From a virus (Duplodnaviria > Caudoviricetes): 54,865 nt of DNA. Shown here piece after piece: positions 44,272-52,501 of this stretch (the stretch's first letter is position 1; every line of letters starts with the position of its first letter). The DNA is taken from positions 1 to 54,865 of the IMG/VR virus record IMGVR_UViG_3300046413_000898. One strand, written 5' to 3'. Under the pieces are notes generated by a model that made no database searches, was not told the DNA's origin, and saw only the letters and a list, made by a program, of their open reading frames with translations. A program made the position numbers and the translations under genes.

Positions 44272-45537
44272 TCACGCAGCAACCTCCGACTGACCACGCC
44301 CATACAGGCGCGCCCGCACCGACGCAGGCACATCCTCATCATTCCAAGGCAGCGGGCCACTCGTCGTCAGCACATCCGGCCACGCCCGCTGATCACGATC
44401 ACCACGCCACCGCGACAACTCGATCACCCGCCGACGCTCCGACGACTCCTCCACGTCCAACCGCAGCCCAATACCGAACTCCGGCCAGCCAAGCAACGCC
44501 GATGAGCCACGAGGCGCGAGGTTCCTATCCCCCGCCGAGTTCGTGCCCTTCCCGGCGTGAGCCTCGATCAGCAGCGACAACCCCCGGTCCCGGATCGAAT
44601 CCAAGGCCGTGAGCACAGGCGCCGCTTCGTCATCCGTCGTGATGGCCCGCGACGTGATCTTGTACAGCGGGCCGATCGCCACCAGATCCGGTTCGATCTC
44701 GTCGATCTTCCGGTGCACCGCCCCGATGTGGGACTCCCTGGTCACGTCCAGCCGTGGCGAGCACACAACGTGCACCCGCTCTCTCGGGTCCCCCTGGGTG
44801 CCCGCCTTGAGCAGCGTCTCAACCATTGGGGACACGGCGCGCTTCCACTGCCGTTCACTGTTCTCCGCGTCGATCACCAACACCCGCAGAGGCGTGATGT
44901 CCGTCAGCGCGAAAGGGTGCAACCCGGCCGCGAGGCAAAGCACCATCTGCCGGATGAACATCGTTTTGCCCGTACCCTCCGCGCCGGTGAGCATCAGCCG
45001 GTCTCCGCGCTCCATGAGCCCATCGACCAACCAGTCATAGTTCGCCGGGACCTTGAGCAGATCCCCGAGCTCCTTCCCTTGGAGGACACCTTCTGTGGAA
45101 CCTGCCCGCAACTGCCGGAGGCCCTCGATCATCTGAGACAAGGCCTCCCCTGTCTCGGCCCCCTGCGCCTGGGCGATGACCTGCTGCATGGACCGACGCA
45201 CCCAGGACTCGTGAACGGTGTTCGCCAGGGCGGAGACGGTGTGCTCCGTCATGCCCCACACCGACGACGCCCACGAGTGCGGGTCCGCCGGCGAAAGTCC
45301 CCGGATGCCCTTGCGTTCGATCTCGATCCCCAGGGTCCCTGGGTCCAGCGGGGACTTCGCCGCCCACGCGGTGGTGACGAGGTCCCAGCATTGCTCCATG
45401 CGCGGGTCGTAGAACTCGCAGGAAGTGACCACGGCGGACGCGACCCTGAGCAGGTCGGGGTTGAAGGTGACCGCCCCGATCAGCTGCTGCTCGGCGGTGA
45501 AGCCGTTCACAGTGCGCTGCTCGAAAGGTTCATCCAT
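44272..45537 (-). CDS. DnaB-like/AAA replicative helicase
   Basis: N-terminal AEQQLIGA; GAEGTGKT Walker A; VLVIDAEN; PRGSS. Confidence 0.85.
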   Translation of the reverse strand: MDEPFEQRTVNGFTAEQQLIGAVTFNPDLLRVASAVVTSCEFYDPRMEQCWDLVTTAWAAKSPLDPGTLGIEIERKGIRGLSPADPHSWASSVWGMTEHTVSALANTVHESWVRRSMQQVIAQAQGAETGEALSQMIEGLRQLRAGSTEGVLQGKELGDLLKVPANYDWLVDGLMERGDRLMLTGAEGTGKTMFIRQMVLCLAAGLHPFALTDITPLRVLVIDAENSERQWKRAVSPMVETLLKAGTQGDPRERVHVVCSPRLDVTRESHIGAVHRKIDEIEPDLVAIGPLYKITSRAITTDDEAAPVLTALDSIRDRGLSLLIEAHAGKGTNSAGDRNLAPRGSSALLGWPEFGIGLRLDVEESSERRRVIELSRWRGDRDQRAWPDVLTTSGPLPWNDEDVPASVRARLYGRGQSEVAA

Positions 45538-46169
45538 GAGTCGCTCCTCCTTACCTGTGGTGGGCGGGGCTTGGCCTTGGTGAGCCAGTTGCGGAACCCG
45601 GCGTCCCAGTCCACGAGCCTGCGGTCGTGGGCTTGGGCGTGGTTGCGGAAGGTCTCGGCTTCGTGTGCGAGGTCGAGGTTCTTCTCGTTGGCCTTGGCCC
45701 TGTGCGTGTCGTTCGGCTCCCAGCTGTCCGGAAGGCGGCGCTCGCGCTGCTTCCGCGGAGCGGGAGCATTCATTGGTTCTAGTTCAGTGGTTCTAGTTAC
45801 TGCGACATCTGTGGGGAGAGGGTGGCGACATTCTTGGGGAGAGGGTGGCGTCACTGGTGACGCCACCCCTGGGACGTGGTGAACGTGGTACAGGTTCGAT
45901 GTCCGCTCCGTCGAACCCGGCTTCCACCGGGGCTCCACCGTCACAGCTTGGATCTTCTCGAGCTCATCGATGTACCGGTCCACGCTCTTCTCGCTCCGGC
46001 CCACCTTCGAGGCCAACAGCTTGCGCCCCGGCCACGCGGACCCCGTGTCGTTGTCCGCGAACTTGAGCATGACCATGTACAGGCGCAGCGCACCGTCCGA
46101 GATGTCTGACTCGAGCACCCAGTCCGGTACAGTGCGGAACTTCCCCGCGGTGAAGTCACTCATCGGCAT
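45507..46169 (-). CDS. replication initiator protein (wHTH plus C-terminal domain)
   Basis: ISDGALRLY, AWPGRK.LA, RLPDSWEP and DWDAGFRNWL; internal repeats; upstream of the helicase. Confidence 0.8.
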   Translation of the reverse strand: MPMSDFTAGKFRTVPDWVLESDISDGALRLYMVMLKFADNDTGSAWPGRKLLASKVGRSEKSVDRYIDELEKIQAVTVEPRWKPGSTERTSNLYHVHHVPGVASPVTPPSPQECRHPLPTDVAVTRTTELEPMNAPAPRKQRERRLPDSWEPNDTHRAKANEKNLDLAHEAETFRNHAQAHDRRLVDWDAGFRNWLTKAKPRPPQVRRSDSWMNLSSSAL

Positions 46170-46425
46170 CACCGTCAAGCATCCGGTCGAGGTCGGCGCG
46201 CTTGAAGCGCAGCCGCCCGGCCATTTCGTCGCGGGTCAACCCCAGGGTGTTGCCCTTGTCGAGGAAGTACATGAGGGTTCGGTACTCGGCCTCGATTCGT
46301 TCGCGGCTGACGTCCAAGAACTCGAGGACGAGCCGTTGTCTGCTATCCTGTTCCATGTTGTCTCCTTTCTTCGCGGTGAAGGCCCCTAGCCCTCTTGGAT
46401 AGGGGCCTTCGCTGTTGGTGCTCAT
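46156..46425 (-). CDS. small HTH-like hypothetical protein
   Basis: GLTRDEMAGRLRF; start at 46425 or 46356. Confidence 0.5.
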   Translation of the reverse strand: MSTNSEGPYPRGLGAFTAKKGDNMEQDSRQRLVLEFLDVSRERIEAEYRTLMYFLDKGNTLGLTRDEMAGRLRFKRADLDRMLDGDADE

Positions 46426-46565
46426 CCCCGCTTGGCAACCAGTTCCGCGACAAGCAGCTGCATCGTCTGATCCTCGGTGAACCCGGTTTCCACCAGGGCG
46501 AGGAAGTACTCGCGCAAGCTGGTGGCGGCCCTCATCGGTTCGCTCAGGCCATCGTTGTTGTCCAT
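46422..46565 (-). CDS. small hypothetical protein (missing from the ORF track)
   Basis: MDNNDGL...LREYFLALVETGFTEDQTMQLL; AGGAGG RBS. Confidence 0.6.
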   Translation of the reverse strand: MDNNDGLSEPMRAATSLREYFLALVETGFTEDQTMQLLVAELVAKRG

Positions 46566-46575
46566 GTCAGTCCTC

Positions 46576-46986
46576 CTATGAGTTGTGCCCCGTGGTGGGG
46601 CATTCGTTGTCTGCGCCGTCCGGCAGATACCGTGACAGCGCCTCGTCCGTAAGCCTCAGCCGCGACCCATCATCCGAAAGCAGGAACCACGCCTGCTCCG
46701 GCTCGGACCAGCACGCGACCTCCGCCGGCTGGCGCACCCCATTCCGGGAGACCTTCCAGCCCCGCAGTCGGCCGATCACCGCGAAGACCGCATCGGACTC
46801 GAGCTGCTCGTTGTGGCGCTTGCACATGGTCACCAGGTTCGACAGCCCGTGGCCGCGCTTCGACCCGCCCATGCCACGGTTCGCTCGGTGCTGCGGGGTG
46901 AGGTCGTACTCGGTGCCGCAGGCCACGCACTTGTAGCCGTCACGCTCCTGCATTCGCTTCACAGAACCGGTCGGTGTTGCGCTCAT
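46576..46986 (-). CDS. HNH endonuclease-like protein
   Basis: ERDGYKCVAC, QHRANRGMGG and NLVTMCKRHN. Confidence 0.8.
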   Translation of the reverse strand: MSATPTGSVKRMQERDGYKCVACGTEYDLTPQHRANRGMGGSKRGHGLSNLVTMCKRHNEQLESDAVFAVIGRLRGWKVSRNGVRQPAEVACWSEPEQAWFLLSDDGSRLRLTDEALSRYLPDGADNECPTTGHNS

Positions 46987-47342
46987 GCTCCCGGCCCCCT
47001 GTCTGCGTACAGCTGGGCGGCCATGCGCTCGTCCACATGCTCCGAGCGCAACGCGTCACTCTTGGCGCGGCACCAGTGGAGCTTCTGCTTGAACGACTCC
47101 GCCTCAGCCTCCGCCGCCACCTTGTGCAACCGGATACCCATGACCGCGTCGTCCGCATCAGCCAGCGTCTCCGCCGCCGCCTGCGACAGCTTCGTGTCAT
47201 CGTCACGGGCCCGCACGATGAACTTCGCCCGGGCCCGCCTGTACTCGTTCTCCGCCCGCGCCGCCTCGTTCGTGTGATCCCGGTACGTCAGGATCAGCTT
47301 GTCCCAGGCGAGCAGGTGCTCGTTGATGTCACTCTGTGGCAT
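46983..47342 (-). CDS. helical hypothetical protein
   Basis: Coupled ORF. Confidence 0.65.
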   Translation of the reverse strand: MPQSDINEHLLAWDKLILTYRDHTNEAARAENEYRRARAKFIVRARDDDTKLSQAAAETLADADDAVMGIRLHKVAAEAEAESFKQKLHWCRAKSDALRSEHVDERMAAQLYADRGPGA

Positions 47343-47997
47343 CGCTGTCGTTCTCCGGCGGGTTCTCGAGCTCGGGCACCTCCGGCTCCGGCGCCTTAGC
47401 CCGCTGCACCGTGCGCCGCTTCTTCGGCTCCGGCGCCGGCTCAGGGGCGTTCGACAGCTCGATGTCCTCCACCGACGACAACCCCATCAGCGCATCCGGG
47501 GCCACCAGCTTCGCGGCCTCCGCCTGGCACTTCGCCGTCAGCATCCCGATCGGGTCTGTCTTGTACTTCTGGTTCGACGTGTACCCCGCCCGGTCAGCCC
47601 GTGCCATGGTCCACTCGACCTTCTGCCACACCTGCGAGCCACGGCGCCGGCACTGGAACACCACCGCCTGCTCCGTCGCGGACTCACGGGTGATCTCGTG
47701 CCCAGCAGACACCGCCAGCGCCATCATCGTGGAAGCGTACAGCGCCGGCGTACCGTGGACCACGTACACCGACCGCAGGGAAGCAATCGGGTCCAGACCC
47801 AGCGTGTTCCCGTACAGCATCGCCGTCGCCGCCTCAGCAGGCTTGCCCTGGAAGTGCTTCGGGGCGAACGCCGTCTGGCACAGCTTCTGCGCCAGCGTGT
47901 ACCCAGCGTCCAGCTCTGCCGCGTAGTACGCCAACGACTTGACCCCCGGCGCCTCAGCGCGGGGGTCGTAGGCCTCGTTCTCTGCGAGCTCGCTCAT
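47329..47997 (-). CDS. RecT-like ssDNA annealing protein (copy B)
   Basis: Homolog of 1343-2356 with a shorter C-terminus. Confidence 0.75.
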   Translation of the reverse strand: MSELAENEAYDPRAEAPGVKSLAYYAAELDAGYTLAQKLCQTAFAPKHFQGKPAEAATAMLYGNTLGLDPIASLRSVYVVHGTPALYASTMMALAVSAGHEITRESATEQAVVFQCRRRGSQVWQKVEWTMARADRAGYTSNQKYKTDPIGMLTAKCQAEAAKLVAPDALMGLSSVEDIELSNAPEPAPEPKKRRTVQRAKAPEPEVPELENPPENDSDATE

Positions 47998-48770
47998 GCT
48001 CTCTCCTTCGTCTCGGGCCACACCGGGTCACCCAGGTAGTTCTTGCGCTTGTCCACCGTCTTGGCGATGTACGCGGCCGCCAAGAAGTCTTGGAACTGGC
48101 TGTCGATCTGCTTGCGTGATGTCGCCAGCGGGTGCAGCCGCACCCCCGAAACGGTGATGTGCGCGACGTAGGTCGCCACCACTTCCGGCATGGGGTGCTC
48201 GGTGTCTGGGTCGTCGTCCTCCACCCAGAACTCGGCGCGGGCGTACGCGGCGCACTGCAACGCAGTGTCGCCGTACACGCGGTTGGAGGTCTTCCAGTCG
48301 ATCAGGACCGGCAGCCCGTCATGGAGCTTCGGGGAAGTGCCGATGAAGTCCACCCGGCCCGCGTACCAGTGCTCCCGGTTTGCCAGCGACTTCTCCACCA
48401 CCACGGGCTGCAGGTTCAGGTCCTCGATGAAGTCCACCAGTCCCTCCACCTCCGGGCGGTGCGCCTCTGGGATCTCCACCTCATCGCCAGCAAGGTACCG
48501 CTGCCCCAGGTCGTGGATCTCCGTGCCGCGCATAGCCGCCTTGTCGCGCACCAGGTCGTGCACCCGCGACAAGGTGGGCACGAGCTCCCCTGTGGAGCGC
48601 AGTCGGTCCACCTCCTCCGGGTTCTTGTCCACCCATTCCGCCACGGTGCGAGCCGCCCACGGAACCAGCGCCGGCTTCGGGATGCCACCACCGATCAGGG
48701 TGGTCGCTCCCTTCACCGGGCGCTTGTCCAGCCGGTAGCGGTGGGCTTTCTCGCTGAACGTCAGACTCAT
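47994..48770 (-). CDS. PD-(D/E)XK exonuclease (copy B)
   Basis: RGTEIH, YAGRVD, IDWKTS and LQCAAY. Confidence 0.8.
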   Translation of the reverse strand: MSLTFSEKAHRYRLDKRPVKGATTLIGGGIPKPALVPWAARTVAEWVDKNPEEVDRLRSTGELVPTLSRVHDLVRDKAAMRGTEIHDLGQRYLAGDEVEIPEAHRPEVEGLVDFIEDLNLQPVVVEKSLANREHWYAGRVDFIGTSPKLHDGLPVLIDWKTSNRVYGDTALQCAAYARAEFWVEDDDPDTEHPMPEVVATYVAHITVSGVRLHPLATSRKQIDSQFQDFLAAAYIAKTVDKRKNYLGDPVWPETKERA

Positions 48771-49141
48771 CGCTGCTCCTTCGTTTCGATGTAGTGCTGG
48801 ATGTCCTGGATCAGCTGCTCGTGGTCGTCCGGGGTCATGTCGTCCCACACCTCCGTGCGCAGCATGTCCTTCCAGTCCTCCCACCGGATCGTGTGGTACG
48901 GGGCGTCGTGGCACCCGAAGGCGTGGTCCTTCTTCCCGAGGTCACCCATGCGGTCCGTGAACGCTGCCCACAGGTGCCACGCCCACCGCTCCGCCGCATC
49001 CCGTGTCGAGCGCACGGGCTTCACGTCGTGGCTGATGCGGTCCGGGTCCGTCATCCGCGTCCGATCGAACTGGATCGGGGAGGGGTCGGGCCGCTCCGGT
49101 TCATCCCACATGCGCGCCCACTTCCCATCTGGTGCAATCAC
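48767..49141 (-). CDS. hypothetical phage protein
   Basis: Coupled ORF with RBS. Confidence 0.6.
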   Translation of the reverse strand: MIAPDGKWARMWDEPERPDPSPIQFDRTRMTDPDRISHDVKPVRSTRDAAERWAWHLWAAFTDRMGDLGKKDHAFGCHDAPYHTIRWEDWKDMLRTEVWDDMTPDDHEQLIQDIQHYIETKEQR

Positions 49142-49401
49142 TGGTCATCCTCCTTCGTTGTTGCGGGGCGGTGGATTTCGTGGCCCTCGCCGCGCTTATG
49201 GACGCTCCACCCGTCGGGCCACGGCAGGTTGCGGAGCTCGAGGCCCCACCCGTCGTCGGTGACGGATACGACATCTACCTCGCAAAGCATGGCGCCCCCG
49301 TCGTCGTCCACGACGATCAACTGCGCTCCGGGCTTGGGTGGGGTTGACCCGCTGACTCTCACAAGATCATCGATGAATTCGAATACCAGGGGACGCGTCA
49401 T
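49138..49401 (-). CDS. hypothetical phage protein
   Basis: Coupled ORF. Confidence 0.6.
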   Translation of the reverse strand: MTRPLVFEFIDDLVRVSGSTPPKPGAQLIVVDDDGGAMLCEVDVVSVTDDGWGLELRNLPWPDGWSVHKRGEGHEIHRPATTKEDDQ

Positions 49402-49685
49402 CGGTCTTCCTCCAGATCATAGAGCCCGCGGTAGGTGCCGATGTAGCCACCCTTCCGCGAAGCCTTGGACGACTTCACCGTCCGGTCCGTTTTCTCGATC
49501 CAACCGCGGTGCACTGCCTTGAGCAGCGCGCCCTGCCACGCCGACCCAGCCGGCGGCGGGCCGCACACCTCTTCGAGGTCCTCGACGGTGAACTCCGAGA
49601 ACCTGTCTGCCGTCTCCTGGATCGCATCCTCTGCTGCGGCGTGCCATTCCGCCGCGGTCGGCTCGAGGACCGCCGGGCCGCTCAC
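49398..49685 (-). CDS. hypothetical protein (paralog of 4148-4501)
   Basis: Homology to copy A. Confidence 0.7.
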   Translation of the reverse strand: MSGPAVLEPTAAEWHAAAEDAIQETADRFSEFTVEDLEEVCGPPPAGSAWQGALLKAVHRGWIEKTDRTVKSSKASRKGGYIGTYRGLYDLEEDR

Positions 49686-49849
49686 GACCGCACCCGGTGC
49701 CACAGCACCCGCACCACCGTGCACGCCGCCGCCACCGCGAAGAACCCCACAGCGACCAGCACCGCGGTCTGCCACCACCCCAAGAGGGCCATGCCGCCGC
49801 TGACTCCGAGCGCCGCGCCACCGTGCGGGATCGCACTGACTTGATTCAC
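49682..49849 (-). CDS. small membrane protein
   Basis: Hydrophobic; C-terminus resembles 4498-4608; start uncertain. Confidence 0.5.
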   Translation of the reverse strand: MNQVSAIPHGGAALGVSGGMALLGWWQTAVLVAVGFFAVAAACTVVRVLWHRVRS

Positions 49850-49881
49850 ATCTGAGCCGTACACCTGTTGTCTCCTTTGTC

Positions 49882-50916
49882 TCAGCTGGCGTGATGCCAG
49901 GTCATGTCTGAACGTCGAACGAACGTGAGCAGCGCCTTCACGTGGGCGAACTGCAACGCGGCCGCGTAGGCCATCTCCGGGACCAGTGCGGCGGCCACCA
50001 GGCGGTGACGCCACCCCATACCCCAGACCGTCACGACCCGCTCCACGATGAACACCGCCAAGATCGCCAGCCCCCACCAGGACGGCTGCAGGCCGTAGAT
50101 CGGGGTGAGTACCGCGGTGAGGACCAGGAACGACCAGAACGCGAGGATGGACACCAGCAGCAGCGCCTGCTGCCGCCAGTACACCGCCGTCACACGATTG
50201 AGGCCGTGCCGGGTCACAACGTCCAGCGCCCCACGCGACCAACGAGCTCGCTGCTTGATCAGGTCCGGGATCGTGTCCATCGTGTCCGTCAGCACCCCAC
50301 ACCCAGCCGGCGAGGTCAGGCGCGCGCCGGTCGCCTTGAGGCGCACCGTGAGGTCGAAGTCCTCCGTGATCGCATCCTCGTCGTAGTACGAGCCGTAGCG
50401 GGCACGCACAGCCTCGAGGGCCGACATGCGGATCAGCGCCGCCGTGCCCGACAGAACATGCGTGTGGTCGCTCATCGTGTTCTGAACGGTGTAGCGCTCC
50501 CACTCCCTCGCAGTGCACCCACGCAACCAGCCCGTGTCGTCGTCCGCGAGGAACACCGCGCCAGCCGCATCCGCACGGCCACGCGGCCCAGGCCCCAGTG
50601 CATCGAGTGCGTTCTGCACCCACACCGGGGACATCACCGTGTCAGCGTCCATCGGCAGCACCATGTCCCACGGGGACGGGTCAGCGTAGGCGATCGCCCG
50701 ATTGAGAGCTCCTGCCTTGCGTCCGGTGATCTTCCCGAAGTCCACGACCTCGATCCGCGGGTCACGCACTCGCGCCGCCGACGCCACAGTGATGTCGTCC
50801 TGCGCGTTGTTCACCGCAACAATCAGCCTGTCAGGGGACCGCGTCTGGTCCAGCAGGGACCGCAGCGTCCGGTCGATGTCCGGCTCCGTCACGGCCGGCA
50901 CGATAGCGATGATCAC
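49882..50916 (-). CDS. GT2 processive glycosyltransferase (IcaA/PgaC/HAS-like)
   Basis: KAGALN, DADT, TED and QRARW motifs plus C-terminal TM helices. Confidence 0.85.
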   Translation of the reverse strand: MIIAIVPAVTEPDIDRTLRSLLDQTRSPDRLIVAVNNAQDDITVASAARVRDPRIEVVDFGKITGRKAGALNRAIAYADPSPWDMVLPMDADTVMSPVWVQNALDALGPGPRGRADAAGAVFLADDDTGWLRGCTAREWERYTVQNTMSDHTHVLSGTAALIRMSALEAVRARYGSYYDEDAITEDFDLTVRLKATGARLTSPAGCGVLTDTMDTIPDLIKQRARWSRGALDVVTRHGLNRVTAVYWRQQALLLVSILAFWSFLVLTAVLTPIYGLQPSWWGLAILAVFIVERVVTVWGMGWRHRLVAAALVPEMAYAAALQFAHVKALLTFVRRSDMTWHHAS

Positions 50917-51020
50917 GACTCGTCACCCCTCCAGAACAGGGCCACCAGTCCGATGACCGCGATGATCCCGATGGTCAGCAGGAAGTCGGGGTGCATCCCC
51001 CACTCGAGCCACTCAGGCAT
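50913..51020 (-). CDS. 35-aa single-TM peptide (MPEWLEWGMHPDFLLTIGIIAVIGLVALFWRGDES)
   Basis: Homolog of 4605-4715; strong RBS. Confidence 0.75.
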   Translation of the reverse strand: MPEWLEWGMHPDFLLTIGIIAVIGLVALFWRGDES

Positions 51021-51038
51021 GTCTCCTCCTTGGGTACG

Positions 51039-51072
51039 AAAAAAGCCCCGGCTCCTCGAAGGGCGCCGGGAC
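51039..51072 (-). terminator. intrinsic terminator directly 3' of the candidate ncRNA
   Basis: GUCCCGGCGCCC-UUCG-AGGAGCCGGGGC-UUUUUU on the minus strand. Confidence 0.75.
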
Positions 51073-51094
51073 GGGTTCTGCGTGTTGTCTCTAC

Positions 51095-51371
51095 CACCTG
51101 ACCAGTTCAAGCAGCACCGATTCGCGCCCAGGAACCTGCCTGGGCGGCTTCCCTCACGCTTCACGGTTGCCTGCCGCAGCCTTATCGGACTGTGTCCACC
51201 CGCCATACGGGTGCTCTGCGACGTGTGGGCACCGACCGGTCACCGGCCCCGTAACGCTCTGCGTGGGTTATATTTCTTCATCCGCCGTGTCGCCTCGTAA
51301 GGCTCACACACAGTGGATGTCCGGTGAAACTCCGGATCGTGTTGCTCGGTGCTGCTTGAACCAGCCAGGTG
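51095..51371 (-). ncRNA. candidate ~280-nt structured non-coding RNA (copy B)
   Basis: 16-bp perfect closing helix 51105-51120/51346-51361; covariation with 4788-5065. Confidence 0.7.
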
Positions 51372-51378
51372 ATTAGGC

Positions 51379-51540
51379 TCAGCTGAGCCAGGGTGCAAGG
51401 TCGCTCTCGGGGATGACCCAGCGTGCGCCTCGTCCGGTCTTTCGCGCCCCGGGGAGGGACTTGTCGTGGATCATCCGCATGATCGTGGTCCGGGAGACTC
51501 GCAGGAGCTCTGCTGCCTCGTTGCTGGTGTAGTGCTTCAT
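51379..51540 (-). CDS. excisionase/AlpA-like HTH protein (53 aa, missing from the ORF track)
   Basis: MKHYTSNEAAELLRVSRTTIMRMIHDKSLPGARKTGRGARWVIPESDLAPWLS. Confidence 0.85.
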   Translation of the reverse strand: MKHYTSNEAAELLRVSRTTIMRMIHDKSLPGARKTGRGARWVIPESDLAPWLS

Positions 51541-51568
51541 CGTCACCTCCTTGGTTCGTTGTGGTCAC

Positions 51569-51663
51569 AGCATGGCACACGGTGACGCACGGTGCAACGC
51601 ACTGCCCGCCCATGGTTCGTAATGGTGCGTAATGATTGACAGTGGTGCGCCGTGGTGTACGGT
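51569..51663. promoter_or_regulatory. divergent promoters (minus TTGCAC-N17-CATGCT; plus TTGACA-N16-TACGGT) with 10-bp phased repeats
   Basis: Sigma-A-like hexamers conserved in position with 5269-5363. Confidence 0.55.
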
Positions 51664-51700
51664 GATGTCACCAACAACCGAACCACCCAAGGAGCACACC

Positions 51701-51940
51701 ATGCGACGCAACGAGGTTGCATCCGTTATCCAGTACGAACGCCACGACTGCTCCCGGCCGAAGGGCATCAAGACCCCTGGCGTCATCTGGCAGTGCGCCG
51801 ACTGCGGCGTCATCTGGGAGACCATCCGCCGGGATGCTGGTGGCATGGTGGCCAACGTCGGGAACTATGGCCCGGTAGGCGACGAGGTCGTCTACGACCC
51901 ACACCGGGAGCGCGTTCTGGCCAACCTCCGCGGACACTGA
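51701..51940 (+). CDS. small Zn-ribbon hypothetical protein
   Basis: AAGGAG RBS; HDC...WQCADCG. Confidence 0.65.
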   Translation: MRRNEVASVIQYERHDCSRPKGIKTPGVIWQCADCGVIWETIRRDAGGMVANVGNYGPVGDEVVYDPHRERVLANLRGH

Positions 51941-51952
51941 CCCCAGACACGC

Positions 51953-51997
51953 AAAAAAGGCCCCCGGTCCCACCCATCAGGGTGAGGCCGGGGGCCT
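51953..51997. terminator. bidirectional terminator
   Basis: AAAAAAGGCCCCCGG...CCGGGGGCCT between convergent genes. Confidence 0.8.
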
Positions 51998-52054
51998 AGT
52001 CATTCAGCGGCGGCGGATCTTGTTCGCCAGCCATTTGGCGACGTGCCGAACCAT

Positions 52055-52501
52055 TTAGATCACCTGCTTTGCGAGTCGAGCGACAGGGTCATCGTCCAGG
52101 TCATCTTCCTCGGTGGTGGGTTCGGTGACCGGCTGCTCACCAGTAGCGGGTGCATACTGCGCCGGCCCCGCGGCCTGCGCGGCCGCCAGGCGGGAGACGA
52201 TCTGGTCAACCTGGTCCACGGCCTCCTGCGCGTAGAGCGCGTCGCCCTGGTCCGTGGGCGTGTTCTTGCCGCCCTGCCGGGCACCCAGGCCCGACGTTGC
52301 GGTGGCGATCGGCATACCCAGCCAGCTAGCCAGCAGCGCGATCTTCACCTCGTTGGGGAGATCCGCGAGCAGGACGATGAGAAGGACGATGACTCCGGTG
52401 GCGACGGAGGCGATCGAGCCCCACATCAGTGCGCCGGACTGCGCCCCTCGCGTCGTCGCGCCCACGGTCTTGCCAGTTGTGGTGGTAGCTGCCTCAGCCA
52501 T
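52055..52501 (-). CDS. holin-like membrane protein (copy B)
   Basis: Two TM segments; C-terminal DDPVARLAKQV shared with 6663-7112. Confidence 0.65.
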   Translation of the reverse strand: MAEAATTTTGKTVGATTRGAQSGALMWGSIASVATGVIVLLIVLLADLPNEVKIALLASWLGMPIATATSGLGARQGGKNTPTDQGDALYAQEAVDQVDQIVSRLAAAQAAGPAQYAPATGEQPVTEPTTEEDDLDDDPVARLAKQVI

